From NCBI GenBank assembly GCA_017511465.1, contig JAFWJU010000054.1, forward strand, positions 620 to 64,619: a stretch of DNA of 64,000 bases, written 5' to 3'. This document shows positions 55,394-64,000 of this stretch, one piece after another. Source of the stretch: Eggerthellaceae bacterium (lineage in GTDB: Bacteria; Actinomycetota; Coriobacteriia; Coriobacteriales; Eggerthellaceae). Positions within the stretch are counted from its first letter, which is position 1; each line of letters begins with the position of its first letter. The notes beneath the pieces are model-generated. The model searched no databases and was not told where the DNA came from. It saw only the letters and a list, made by a program, of their open reading frames with translations. The translations under genes were made by a program, and so were the position numbers.

Positions 55394-56017
55394 TCAGCAT
55401 GACTGCTCTGTCCACATGCGCGCTGCCGAAGAGCTAACCGAGCTGGGATAGCCTCTTTGCATGAGTCGCCTATAAGCCGCTTCCCTCTTGTTTTTTGAGC
55501 GGGGCGGTTTTCGATCGAGCAGTGACAACGCTCGGTCGATTTCCTCGTCATGTGAAACAGGATAATCGTAGGGCCACCCCTCTACGGTTTCTGCCTCGAT
55601 GCCGTTTTCGGCGAGCTCGCGAACAATGCCGGCACTCCCCTTTTGCTGGGATATACGGCTTCGGATGAGAATATCGGCGTAACGGGCATCGTCGATGAAG
55701 CCGTAATCCTTGGCTTGGGACACGGCTTCATCTATTGCATTCTGATTGAACTGATCGTTGGCAAGGCGGGTGCGAATTGCAAGCTCGCTTTTGTCGCTTG
55801 CGTTGACGAGCGCGATGATCTTCTTCAGCGCCGCGCTTGCATCGTTGGAACGGTCTTCTGGCGATATGGCTGCTTCGTCGCAGGAACAAGCATCATCAAC
55901 AGCTCCCGTGTTTCCCCGATGGCGGCGGACGGTTTTGTGAGACGAAGCTGCGATTCCCCGAGACAGGATTCCGTCAATCTGCGTTTGAAGCGCCGATATG
56001 ACTTCTTGGTTGGCCAT
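55394..56017 (-). CDS. recX: recombination regulator RecX
   Basis: It lies directly downstream of recA (9-nt gap). It has the helical-repeat pattern typical of RecX (YGFIDDARYA..., ...AAYRRLMQRGY). Confidence 0.8.
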   Translation of the reverse strand: MANQEVISALQTQIDGILSRGIAASSHKTVRRHRGNTGAVDDACSCDEAAISPEDRSNDASAALKKIIALVNASDKSELAIRTRLANDQFNQNAIDEAVSQAKDYGFIDDARYADILIRSRISQQKGSAGIVRELAENGIEAETVEGWPYDYPVSHDEEIDRALSLLDRKPPRSKNKREAAYRRLMQRGYPSSVSSSAARMWTEQSC

Positions 56018-56026
56018 GGTATGGCG

Positions 56027-57085
56027 TTAGCGCTTCTTACCCGGCTTTTCGGCAGGGGTTATAGCCTCGGCTTCTTCAGGGCTCCTTGAAATGATGGGGA
56101 TATCGAAATGCTCGCGAACCTTGGTTTCCATCTCGCGGAGCAAGTCGGGGTTATCGTGAAGCGTTTGCTTCGCCGCTTCGCGGCCCTGACCCAGCCGTTC
56201 TTCACCGTAGGTGTACCAGGCACCGCTCTTCTTGGCGACGCCGGCCTCGACTGCCATGTCGACAACGCACCCTTCCTTCGAGATGCCCTGACCGTACATG
56301 AGGTCGAACTCTGCCTGACGGAACGGAGGGGCAACCTTGTTCTTGACGACCTTGGCGCGGACGCGGTTTCCGACGACTTCGCCGTTGACCTTGATGGAAT
56401 CGATACGGCGAATGTCGATGCGTACGCTTGAGAAGAACTTGAGCGCGCGGCCACCCGTTGTGGTTTCGGGGTTGCCGAACATGATGCCGATCTTCTCTCG
56501 TAGCTGGTTGATGAAGATGCACGTGGTGTTGGATTTGGAAAGCGAGCCCGCAAGCTTGCGTAGGGCCTGGGACATGAGGCGAGCCTGAAGGCCGACGGTT
56601 GTGTCGCCGATTTCGCCCTCGATTTCGGCGCGCGGGACAAGCGCGGCAACAGAGTCGATGACGATGCAGTCGATGGCGCCAGAGCGTACGAGCATGTCGC
56701 AGATTTCGAGCGCTTGCTCGCCGGTATCGGGTTGAGAGATGAGCACTTCATCGATATCGACGCCAAGGCGGGCGGCATATACGGGGTCGAGCGCGTGTTC
56801 TGCGTCGATAAAGGCGACGATGCCGCCAAGTGCCTGAGCCTCGGCTAGGATTTGCAGGGCAAGGGTGGTTTTGCCGCTTGATTCGGGTCCGTAGATTTCA
56901 ACGATGCGTCCGCGGGGAACGCCGCCGATTCCCAGTGCGGCGTCGAGCGGGAGCGCGCCAGTGGGAATGGCATCTACTTTAAGGTCGACGCCTTCGTCGC
57001 CGAATTTCATGATGGAGCCCTTGCCGAACTTGTTCTCGATTTGATCGGTGGTGAGTTTGAGGGACTTCAGTTTGTCATCGTTCAT
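56027..57085 (-). CDS. recA: recombinase RecA
   Basis: Walker A is GPESSGKTT. The L1/L2 regions and [16 protein letters not shown] are present. Confidence 0.97.
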   Translation of the reverse strand: MNDDKLKSLKLTTDQIENKFGKGSIMKFGDEGVDLKVDAIPTGALPLDAALGIGGVPRGRIVEIYGPESSGKTTLALQILAEAQALGGIVAFIDAEHALDPVYAARLGVDIDEVLISQPDTGEQALEICDMLVRSGAIDCIVIDSVAALVPRAEIEGEIGDTTVGLQARLMSQALRKLAGSLSKSNTTCIFINQLREKIGIMFGNPETTTGGRALKFFSSVRIDIRRIDSIKVNGEVVGNRVRAKVVKNKVAPPFRQAEFDLMYGQGISKEGCVVDMAVEAGVAKKSGAWYTYGEERLGQGREAAKQTLHDNPDLLREMETKVREHFDIPIISRSPEEAEAITPAEKPGKKR

Positions 57086-57114
57086 GGTTTCTCCCCTTCT
57101 TGACTACTGATTCA

Positions 57115-57142
57115 ATTATAGCGAACAGATGTTTGCCGTCAA
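57115..57142 (-). promoter_or_regulatory. candidate recA promoter TTGACG-N16-TATAAT
   Basis: Read on the minus strand. The LexA box lies in the spacer. Confidence 0.5.
57122..57135. promoter_or_regulatory. LexA (SOS) box CGAACAGATGTTTG upstream of recA
   Basis: It matches CGAAC-N4-GTTCG at 13/14 positions and is embedded in the recA promoter spacer. Confidence 0.7.
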
Positions 57143-57302
57143 GCAGAAATGAAGCAAAATCATGCAAGAACATGCTATAGGCACTATCTATCAGGGAAAC
57201 CGCAACGCGCTATGCGAAGCGTCCAACGCGAATCGCAAAGTTCATGCACGAACAACACGAAAGTGCCGCGCTAAACCGCAAAGGTGCCGAAGAAGCTCGA
57301 GG

Positions 57303-58451
57303 CTATGACTGCTCGATTGCGGCAATCAACCCTTCGAGAGCAGACGAAACGGTTTGCTTGCGAACGTCTTCCCTATCGCCTTCGAAGGTGAAAAGCGTTG
57401 CCGTGCAATCAGATGGTGTTGCAACGCCCATCCAAACCGTGCCGACTGGCTTGCCGGGAACAGCGCCGCCAGGACCTGCGATACCGGTAACGGAAACGGC
57501 GATATCGGCGTTGAGCTGCGCGCGGGCGCCTTCCGCCATCTGAAGCGCGCATTGTTCGCTTACCGCACCGAAGTTATCGAGGGTGTCGGCTTGCACGCCC
57601 AAAACATCGCGCTTCGCCTCGTTGGCGTAACTTGTTATGCCTCCGAGAAACACGTCAGAGGATCCGGGTATGGCTGTTATGGCAGACCCTATGCCACCGC
57701 CCGTCAGGCTTTCAGCAGTGGCAAGCGTGACGCCCTTGTCGCGAGCAGTGTCGACGACGCGCTGCGAAAGGCTCTGAATGTCGACAGCCTCAGTGGATTG
57801 GGCATTACCTTGGGGGTCGCCCAAACCGATGACGTCACGGGCCTTTACCAGGTAATCGAGCATCGATGCGATGGTGAGTATGAGCGCGATGATCATGACG
57901 ATCCAGCTGACGACCCAAAGCGTATCGGATAAGGCTTCGCTGAAATCGCCGATCATGTGCGAGTCTTTGATTGTGAACAAGACGATTGCAATCATCTGGA
58001 ACACGGTTTTGAACTTTCCGAGCATGCTGGCCGCGATGACAACGCCCTTACTTGCAGCCATCATGCGAACACCTGAAATGATGAATTCGCGTGCCAGGAT
58101 CACAAGCACGACCCATGTCGGCAGTGAGCCGAGCTCGACAAGCGATATGAGGGCGGCAGCAACCAGAATCTTGTCTGCAAGCGGGTCCATGAACTTGCCG
58201 AAATCGGTGACCTCATTGCGAGATCGCGCAAGGTATCCGTCGAGCCAGTCCGTGCACGATATGGCGATGAAGATAATAGCCGCGATGATGCTCTTCCAGT
58301 CGTTCAACTCGGCTACGTTCGAGCCGAACCATTCAGGCCAGGGTGCAAGCAATGCCGCCACGAAAACGGGCACGAGCAGGATTCGGATGATGGTTATGAC
58401 GTTTGACGGGGTCCAAATCGTCGCATTTGATTTGGGTGAGGATTCGCTCAC
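57303..58451 (-). CDS. pgsA: fusion protein: CDP-diacylglycerol-glycerol-3-phosphate phosphatidyltransferase (PgsA) plus CinA C-terminal/PncC nicotinamide-nucleotide amidase domain
   Basis: The N-terminal half has DGYLARSRNEVTDFGKFMDPLAD and TM segments. The C-terminal half has LATAESLTGGGIGSAITAIPGSSDVFLGGITSYANEAK (the CinA/PncC signature). It is a single uninterrupted ORF. Confidence 0.85.
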   Translation of the reverse strand: MSESSPKSNATIWTPSNVITIIRILLVPVFVAALLAPWPEWFGSNVAELNDWKSIIAAIIFIAISCTDWLDGYLARSRNEVTDFGKFMDPLADKILVAAALISLVELGSLPTWVVLVILAREFIISGVRMMAASKGVVIAASMLGKFKTVFQMIAIVLFTIKDSHMIGDFSEALSDTLWVVSWIVMIIALILTIASMLDYLVKARDVIGLGDPQGNAQSTEAVDIQSLSQRVVDTARDKGVTLATAESLTGGGIGSAITAIPGSSDVFLGGITSYANEAKRDVLGVQADTLDNFGAVSEQCALQMAEGARAQLNADIAVSVTGIAGPGGAVPGKPVGTVWMGVATPSDCTATLFTFEGDREDVRKQTVSSALEGLIAAIEQS

Positions 58452-59794
58452 GACAACACCGTCCCTTCCATCTCGTAAAGAAGCGTATCGTCGATGCGCA
58501 CACGAACGACATCGCCCGGAAGCCCCGCATCGACATATGTCACGCCATCAACGTCGGGGGCTTGGCACATGGCGCGGCCGTACAGTTCGCCATCTTCTTC
58601 GCAGCCGCAAACGAGCACATCCATTTCACGAGAAACGCGCTCTGCTATTCTCGGCGCGCACACGGCGTCGGCTATATCGCGTAGTTGCTGCGCGCGAGCA
58701 AGTATCTCGTCATCGTCGACGTGACCTTCAAGCTTATCCGCCCGCGTCCCCTCCTCACGCGAATAGGCGAAAACGCCGATGTAGTCGAAGTCGCATTCTT
58801 CCACGAATGCGCATAGCTCCTCGAAATCCTCGTCAGTTTCTCCCGGATAGCCGGCAATGAGCGTCGTGCGCAACGTGGCATCGGGAATACGCATGCGAAT
58901 GCGGTTGGCGAGCTCGAGGAATTCAGCGCCAGATCCTGCACGATGCATGGATTTGAGAATCCGGGCATTTGCGTGCTGGAAGGGAATGTCGAAATAGTTG
59001 CAGACGTTGTCATGGCAAGCGATTGCCTCTACGAAATCGTCGGTAACGCCTTCAGGTTGAATGTACATGACCCTAAACCACACAGACGGCCACGTATCGG
59101 CTACATGCGCGACGAGCTTTGCCAATGTGGAAGGGCTCTCGAAATCGTCGCCCCACCGGCCCGTGTCTTGCGCGATAAGCACGATTTCACGTACGCCCTC
59201 GCCCACCAGTCGGACAATCTCTTTGTCGATGTCTTCTTGAGTGAACGAATGGTACCTGCCGCGGATATACGGAATCGTGCAATACGAGCAGAATCGGTCG
59301 CACCCGTCGGAAATCTTGACGTAAGCCGACACCCGCCTTGATGGCACGCGTGTTTGGACGTCGTCCTGAGATGCTTGCTCTTTGGAGCGCTCGCTGGCTC
59401 CAAACTGATACGGAGGCATCGTTGCTCGCTCGATGCCGAGAACTTCGTCGACGACTTCGACTATCGAGGATTCTCCCGAGCAAGGCGTGAAGGCCGCGGC
59501 TTCGGGTAGCTCGGCTTCGAGGTCTGCGCCGTATCGTGCAGGCATGCACCCCGCAACGATGAGGTGCGCCTTGCCCGCCGCAATGGAATCAAAGCCCGCG
59601 ACTTCGAGGATGGCCTCGATGCTTTCCTCGGTTGCCGCCTGGATGAACGAACATGTATTGACGATGACGACATCCGCTTGCTCCGGGTCGTCTTCAATGG
59701 AATAACCCGCACGCTCGAGCCTGAGCGCCATATGCTCGCTATCTACCTCGTTCTTAGCGCAGCCCATCGTAACGAATGCCACAGAATGCTTCAT
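58448..59794 (-). CDS. rimO: ribosomal protein S12 methylthiotransferase
   Basis: The N-terminus is FVTMGCAKNEVDSE. The radical-SAM motif is CDRFCSYC, and a TRAM C-terminus is present. It overlaps pgsA-cinA by 4 nt. Confidence 0.85.
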   Translation of the reverse strand: MKHSVAFVTMGCAKNEVDSEHMALRLERAGYSIEDDPEQADVVIVNTCSFIQAATEESIEAILEVAGFDSIAAGKAHLIVAGCMPARYGADLEAELPEAAAFTPCSGESSIVEVVDEVLGIERATMPPYQFGASERSKEQASQDDVQTRVPSRRVSAYVKISDGCDRFCSYCTIPYIRGRYHSFTQEDIDKEIVRLVGEGVREIVLIAQDTGRWGDDFESPSTLAKLVAHVADTWPSVWFRVMYIQPEGVTDDFVEAIACHDNVCNYFDIPFQHANARILKSMHRAGSGAEFLELANRIRMRIPDATLRTTLIAGYPGETDEDFEELCAFVEECDFDYIGVFAYSREEGTRADKLEGHVDDDEILARAQQLRDIADAVCAPRIAERVSREMDVLVCGCEEDGELYGRAMCQAPDVDGVTYVDAGLPGDVVRVRIDDTLLYEMEGTVLS

Positions 59795-59799
59795 CGGCT

Positions 59800-61032
59800 T
59801 CAGCCTTCCGAAGTTGAGGATTCAGCTGCCTCTTCGGACGTGGCTTCTGCGCCATTTGTCGCATTTGCCATGGCGGCCGAGCGTTTGGCCTCATTAGACG
59901 TATGCGTGGCACGCCATTCTTCGAGTATTGCCGGGAAATCCACCGTATAGGAGTACATACCGCCAAGGGAATCGTCGGATGTGAGTTCAACCGGCATGTT
60001 GTCAACAGTCACCGTGACGTATTCAGGTGTCCAAGTTGCAACTGTCAGCTTGTCAATAACTTCGATGTTCTCTTCAGCGGGGCCGTATAGCATGTACGGC
60101 GTCGTGACGCTTCCCGCATATGTTTCGAGGTAGCACTCGTCACCCTGCTTGACGGTTATGACGACATGCGAGCTTGACGGGGCGACTTCTACCATACCGG
60201 TTGTGTCCTCGTCGTCTGCGATGCCTGTCGTGTCGCTGATGCCAGAAACCGGAAGCTGGGATACGTCATTGGTTTGCGGGGCGTTACGGTTGCCCAAGAC
60301 GAAGAAAGCGATAACAACTGCCGCTATCACGATTACCGCGATTATCGCGATCAAGGCGAAACGCGATTGTAGGAAACCAGGCAGGCGCGAAGCCTTGTAC
60401 TGCATGGGAGTTTCGCCAACATGCACGGCGCGCCCGCGTCTTGAACCGTTATCGAGGAACCCGTAATCAGTTGAGGTATAGCCGGAATGGTGGCTCAGGA
60501 AATCTCGATCAGAAATACCGGGTCGGTCCATTTTCTCGCGTGTGATCCCGTAATCGTCGCGCGAGTACTTAGTCCTATCGTCATACAATCGACGCCCGTA
60601 TCTGCCATCTGGCGAGGACGATTGGCGAGTCGTTTCGTCATACGATCCCACATCGCCTCTCGAGCGTCCGCGAGATCGCGAATTCGAACGTCCACGCGAG
60701 CGCGACGATTCACCCGAACGCGAGCGGAATGATTCACGTTCCATGTTGAAGCCGCTTACCGGTGCCCTATCACGTGCCCGCTCGACTTCTACAGCATACG
60801 CTTCGTCGAGGTACATGTTGACGATTTCCGTCGGGTTGAGTCCAAGGAGGCGGGCATATGCGTTGACCATGTTGCGCGTGTATCCACGAGGGGGCATGGA
60901 GGCGAAATCGCCTGCTTCAATGGCCCTGAGGATGTCGGGCCTGATACGCAAACGACGCGCAACAGTTGTGAGGTCATAGCCTTTGCGCTCACGTGTTTCG
61001 CGGAGCACTTTTCCAGACGTCATTTGTGTCAC
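59800..61032 (-). CDS. RodZ-like protein (XRE HTH, R/S-rich linker, TM segment, extracellular C-terminal domain)
   Basis: The HTH is LRETRERKGYDLTTVARRLRIRPDILRAIEAGDF. A TM segment (FALIAIIAVIVIAAVVIAFFVL) is present. The start is ambiguous: GTG 61032 has SD AAGGAGA, and ATG 61023 or 61062 are alternatives. Confidence 0.75.
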   Translation of the reverse strand: MTQMTSGKVLRETRERKGYDLTTVARRLRIRPDILRAIEAGDFASMPPRGYTRNMVNAYARLLGLNPTEIVNMYLDEAYAVEVERARDRAPVSGFNMERESFRSRSGESSRSRGRSNSRSRGRSRGDVGSYDETTRQSSSPDGRYGRRLYDDRTKYSRDDYGITREKMDRPGISDRDFLSHHSGYTSTDYGFLDNGSRRGRAVHVGETPMQYKASRLPGFLQSRFALIAIIAVIVIAAVVIAFFVLGNRNAPQTNDVSQLPVSGISDTTGIADDEDTTGMVEVAPSSSHVVITVKQGDECYLETYAGSVTTPYMLYGPAEENIEVIDKLTVATWTPEYVTVTVDNMPVELTSDDSLGGMYSYTVDFPAILEEWRATHTSNEAKRSAAMANATNGAEATSEEAAESSTSEG

Positions 61033-61048
61033 GGTGTCTCCTTTGCGT

Positions 61049-63532
61049 CTACTCGTCGGCATTGTCGAACGCTTTCAGTGCTTCGAGTTCCATTGCGTCG
61101 ACAAGGACATCGCGGGGCTTGCTTCCATTGGGAGGCCCGACAACGCCCTTTTCCTCGAGCATATCCATTATACGACCAGCGCGTGAATAGCCCACCTTCA
61201 GCTTGCGCTGGATGTTCGAAGTGGAGCCGAGGCCGCTAGCTACGACGATTTCCGCGGCTTCCCACAAAAGCGGGTCATCCGAGCCGACGGATCCGCCAGA
61301 ACCATCAGGCATCGAATCGCCAAGCGTGATGAGGTTGGTCTTGAGAATCTCGGAATGGTAATCGGGCTGGCCTTGAGACTTGATAGCAGCCACGACAGCG
61401 GCGATTTCCTCATCGGATGTATAGCAGCCCTGAACGCGAAGCGGTTTTGGATATTCGGGTTTGGAAAGGAGCATATCGCCGTTGCCTATGAGGCTTTCGG
61501 CTCCTGTCGTGTCTAAGACGACGCGGCTGTCGAGACTGGAAGCCACGTTGAAGGCGATTCGGTTGGTAATGTTCGCCTTGATGAGGCCGGTGACGACGTT
61601 GGCCGAAGGACGTTGCGTGGCGACGATGAGGTGAATGCCGGCTGCACGGGCAAGCTGCGCAATGCGGCTGATGGAGTATTCGACTTCCTTCCCCACGTTC
61701 ATCATGAGGTCGGCAAGCTCGTCGATGACGATGACGATATACGGCATGGGCTCGTCGATGAAGTTTTGCTGCGGGAGCTCGGATTGCTTGATGGAGCCGT
61801 CTTCGATCATGGACTTGAGCCTGCCCGACGTGACAAGCTCGTTGTAAGAGGCTATGTTGCGGACGCCGGTTTTAGAGAACGTCTTGAGCCTCAGCTCCAT
61901 TTCGGCGACGCCCCATGACAATGCGCTTGCAGCCTCCTTGGGCTCTGTCACGAGGGGAACGTACAGATGCGGAATATCGGCATAAGGCGCGAATTCGACG
62001 CGCTTGGGATCGATGAGGATGAAACGCACCTGCGAAGGCGTTGCGCGCATGAGCATGGACATGATCATGGCGTTAATGCCGACGGACTTGCCCGAGCCGG
62101 TTGTACCGCCGATGAGCAGGTGGGGCATTTTAGCAAGATCGCAGATGATGGCATTGCCCTCGACGTCCTTGCCGATTGCCATCTCGAGGGGACCGCCATG
62201 AACGTCTTTCAGTACGTCGCCGAGAAGAACGTTTTCCCTTGTGGCATTGGGAACCTCGATACCGACGTAATGCGTGCCGGGAATGGGGGCGAATATGCGC
62301 ACGCCAGGAGCTGCAAGCGCGAGCGCGATGTCGTCGTTGAGCGCCATGATGCGGCTCACGCGCACACCAGATGGAAGCTCGACTTCGAACAGCGTCACCG
62401 TGGGTCCTGCAACCCAGTCGACAACCGTCGCCATGATGCCGAAATCCTCGAGCGTTTGCTGGAGGCTGGCAGCGGTATCGGAAAGCTCAATTTCAAAAGC
62501 CTTCGTCCTGCGCGTGCTCTTCCCCATCTTCAAAAGGGAGAAGCTCGGCAATTCGAACGTATCGCCGGGAATGGGAATGGTCGTTTGAGCTTCGCTGGAT
62601 TCAAGCGCGATGGTAGGCGCGGAAGAAGTCGGGCCCTGTGCTCCCTTGCCCGATCCGAGCTTGCGCGTGAGCTGCTGAGTAGATGCGCTAGCCTCGCTCG
62701 GACTAGTGCGACCGCCCTCAAGCTTGTCGCCAAGTCGGTCCGAAGCGGCTCTTGAACCCGTGTGAGAGTCTATGAGCTGCGTGCGCGCAGAGCCAAGCTC
62801 GTCGTCAAGCTTCTTGTTACGACGCGGCTTTGCGGGCACGTAGGGCTCTTCGGGCGCGACGGATAATTCCTCGTCTTCACGCTGCATCATTTCAGCCCGC
62901 TTGCGTTTAACGATTTCGAACAGCTTGCGAATCGAGAAACCGATAATGGCAAGGCCTATGGCTATGAGGCCTATGGCGATGATCGTCGAGACAGGAAGGC
63001 CTAACAGCGTGAGGCCGACCCAAGCAGGGCCAGCGCCCAGATATCCGCCGCGCAAGACGAGCTCGTTTTGATTGAAGAGCTCCTTGGTGACGTTGCCGCT
63101 TGCATCAATGGCGTCAGGCGTGAAGAGTGCGGCGAGTATGAGTATCGCTAGGTACACGAGCGCGAGCCCGATGATGACGCGCGCAGGGACTCGCTCGTTT
63201 TCGAATCGGGCAACGAACGTGCCTGCAATGACGATGAGCAACACAGGCAAGATGTAAGCTCCCACGCCCAAACCGAGCCGCAACACGCGCGACAAGAACG
63301 ACGTGACGACCGCATTCGTGGGCCAAGCTACAATGAGGATGAGCGCCAGACCCAAGACAACGCATATGATGGCAACGATGTTGCGTTGCGTGGAATCGTC
63401 GATTATGGGGTTTTGCGGCGCGGGCTCGGGGGCTCGTTTCTTACCGTTCTTCTCGGCAGGCGAAGCCGCACGCTTGCGCTGCGAAGTTTGCCCGTTAGAG
63501 CTTCGAGACCGCGATGAACTGGATTTGGCCAA
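61049..63532 (-). CDS. ftsK: DNA translocase FtsK
   Basis: N-terminal TMs are followed by a linker, a motor domain with Walker A GGTTGSGKS, and a C-terminal gamma wHTH (STSNIQRKLKVGYSRAGRIMDMLE). Confidence 0.92.
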   Translation of the reverse strand: MAKSSSSRSRSSNGQTSQRKRAASPAEKNGKKRAPEPAPQNPIIDDSTQRNIVAIICVVLGLALILIVAWPTNAVVTSFLSRVLRLGLGVGAYILPVLLIVIAGTFVARFENERVPARVIIGLALVYLAILILAALFTPDAIDASGNVTKELFNQNELVLRGGYLGAGPAWVGLTLLGLPVSTIIAIGLIAIGLAIIGFSIRKLFEIVKRKRAEMMQREDEELSVAPEEPYVPAKPRRNKKLDDELGSARTQLIDSHTGSRAASDRLGDKLEGGRTSPSEASASTQQLTRKLGSGKGAQGPTSSAPTIALESSEAQTTIPIPGDTFELPSFSLLKMGKSTRRTKAFEIELSDTAASLQQTLEDFGIMATVVDWVAGPTVTLFEVELPSGVRVSRIMALNDDIALALAAPGVRIFAPIPGTHYVGIEVPNATRENVLLGDVLKDVHGGPLEMAIGKDVEGNAIICDLAKMPHLLIGGTTGSGKSVGINAMIMSMLMRATPSQVRFILIDPKRVEFAPYADIPHLYVPLVTEPKEAASALSWGVAEMELRLKTFSKTGVRNIASYNELVTSGRLKSMIEDGSIKQSELPQQNFIDEPMPYIVIVIDELADLMMNVGKEVEYSISRIAQLARAAGIHLIVATQRPSANVVTGLIKANITNRIAFNVASSLDSRVVLDTTGAESLIGNGDMLLSKPEYPKPLRVQGCYTSDEEIAAVVAAIKSQGQPDYHSEILKTNLITLGDSMPDGSGGSVGSDDPLLWEAAEIVVASGLGSTSNIQRKLKVGYSRAGRIMDMLEEKGVVGPPNGSKPRDVLVDAMELEALKAFDNADE

Positions 63533-63650
63533 GAATGGCCTCCTTCATGCTGCGTTTATAGTTCGTTTGCATACTAAGTATAGCGCACCTAACGCAAACA
63601 TGGCACAGCATGCGGTCTCTTCACGTTTTGAGCGGCTAGTTTACATGCGA

Positions 63651-63696
63651 ATTCGGATGTTACGTAGGCCGAAGCGAGGATACGCAACATCCGAAT
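63651..63696. terminator. 11-bp inverted repeat ATTCGGATGTT/AACATCCGAAT just downstream of the rnj stop (possible terminator or processing hairpin)
   Basis: The stem is perfect with a 24-nt loop. There is no clear T-tract. Confidence 0.3.
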
Positions 63697-63706
63697 GACG
63701 CGACAG

Positions 63707-64000
63707 TTACACCTCAAGTATCGTGGCAACGCACATGGGGCGCTGTTTCGTGCGTTCCCACAGCAGGTTTAACAGCGTGTCCCTTCCCACTTTGCGCAAT
63801 TCAGCAGGCGTTGCGCCCTTGGCAACTTGACGCCTGAGAGCATTCTCGACAGCCTCTTGAGCTTCTATGGCAACGTAAGGGTCGTCTCCGCCCGTGATGC
63901 CGTGCATTTCTATCGACACAGGTGAAGCGAGCTTGCGATCGACGAACGAGACAGCAGCGGCCATGGCGGCGAAACCTTGCGCGCCAAGCGTCACGCGCTC
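63707..64000 (-). CDS. rnj: ribonuclease J, C-terminal fragment (5' part outside the window)
   Basis: The ORF is open to the window edge. The tail ...TKQRPMCVATILEV resembles the conserved RNase J C-terminal end (..RRPMIxPxxxEV). An rnj-ftsK neighbourhood is common in Actinomycetota. Confidence 0.6.
   Translation of the reverse strand, partial: ERVTLGAQGFAAMAAAVSFVDRKLASPVSIEMHGITGGDDPYVAIEAQEAVENALRRQVAKGATPAELRKVGRDTLLNLLWERTKQRPMCVATILEV

Overview
This is a 64-kb, high-GC (roughly 57-60% in sampled stretches) chromosomal segment. I call about 60 protein-coding genes. I could not recognise any rRNA, tRNA, CRISPR array or intact IS element.

The gene content suggests an anaerobic, monoderm Actinomycetota of the class Coriobacteriia (Eggerthellaceae-like). 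This is an inference from the Ech/Hyc-type hydrogenase, IorAB, lipoprotein NrfA, SpoVS, the RodZ-like protein and Cheo-type LexA boxes, not a database result.

Gene blocks in order:
- 1-861: tail of a group-4 [NiFe] hydrogenase operon.
- 0.9-5.8 kb: envelope genes (CDP-alcohol phosphatidyltransferase, VanW-like, PBP5-type DD-carboxypeptidase, Zn-ribbon/FHA protein).
- 5.8-9.1 kb: iorAB and gluQ.
- 9.1-11.6 kb: PAP2 phosphatase, deoxyinosine glycosylase, menA.
- 11.6-16.4 kb: an accessory-looking stretch. It holds an orphan radical-SAM/SPASM maturase, a Sel1-repeat lipoprotein, a 2-TM K+ channel, a chagasin-family inhibitor, a hypothetical gene, and a 690-bp low-GC ORF-poor region.
- 16.4-26 kb: a respiratory nitrite-ammonification island. 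It holds a NifX-like gene, nrfH-like, nrfA, a MocR regulator, and a System-I cytochrome c maturation operon ccmEFABCD with a CxxxY, tandem-OB CcmE.
- 26.1-37.9 kb: a complete glycogen operon (glgB-glgC-glgD-[low-GC lipoprotein]-glgA-glgP-GH13).
- 37.9-46.4 kb: ackA, larE-like, ribF, a transsulfuration PLP enzyme, an FAD oxidoreductase/HdrD-like pair, dut, nrdR.
- 46.5-64 kb: a conserved housekeeping/SOS block (small lexA-divergent gene, lexA, hflX, dapF, miaA, miaB, spoVS, GHKL ATPase, rny, recX, recA, pgsA-cinA fusion, rimO, rodZ-like, ftsK, rnj tail).

The observations I rate highest are:
- the tandem-OB CxxxY CcmE, in a CcmH-less System I in a monoderm;
- the membrane-anchored NrfH-like cytochrome with CX3CH and CX4CH motifs;
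- a strongly SOS-box-controlled, tail-anchored small protein divergent from lexA, as a candidate division inhibitor;
- a MutL/TopoVIB-type GHKL ATPase sitting where ymdB lies in Bacillus;
- a low-GC YD-like lipoprotein inserted in the glg operon;
- an orphan RiPP-type rSAM/SPASM enzyme.

All functional calls rest on motifs read directly from the translations. No homology search was run, and start codons are best guesses.
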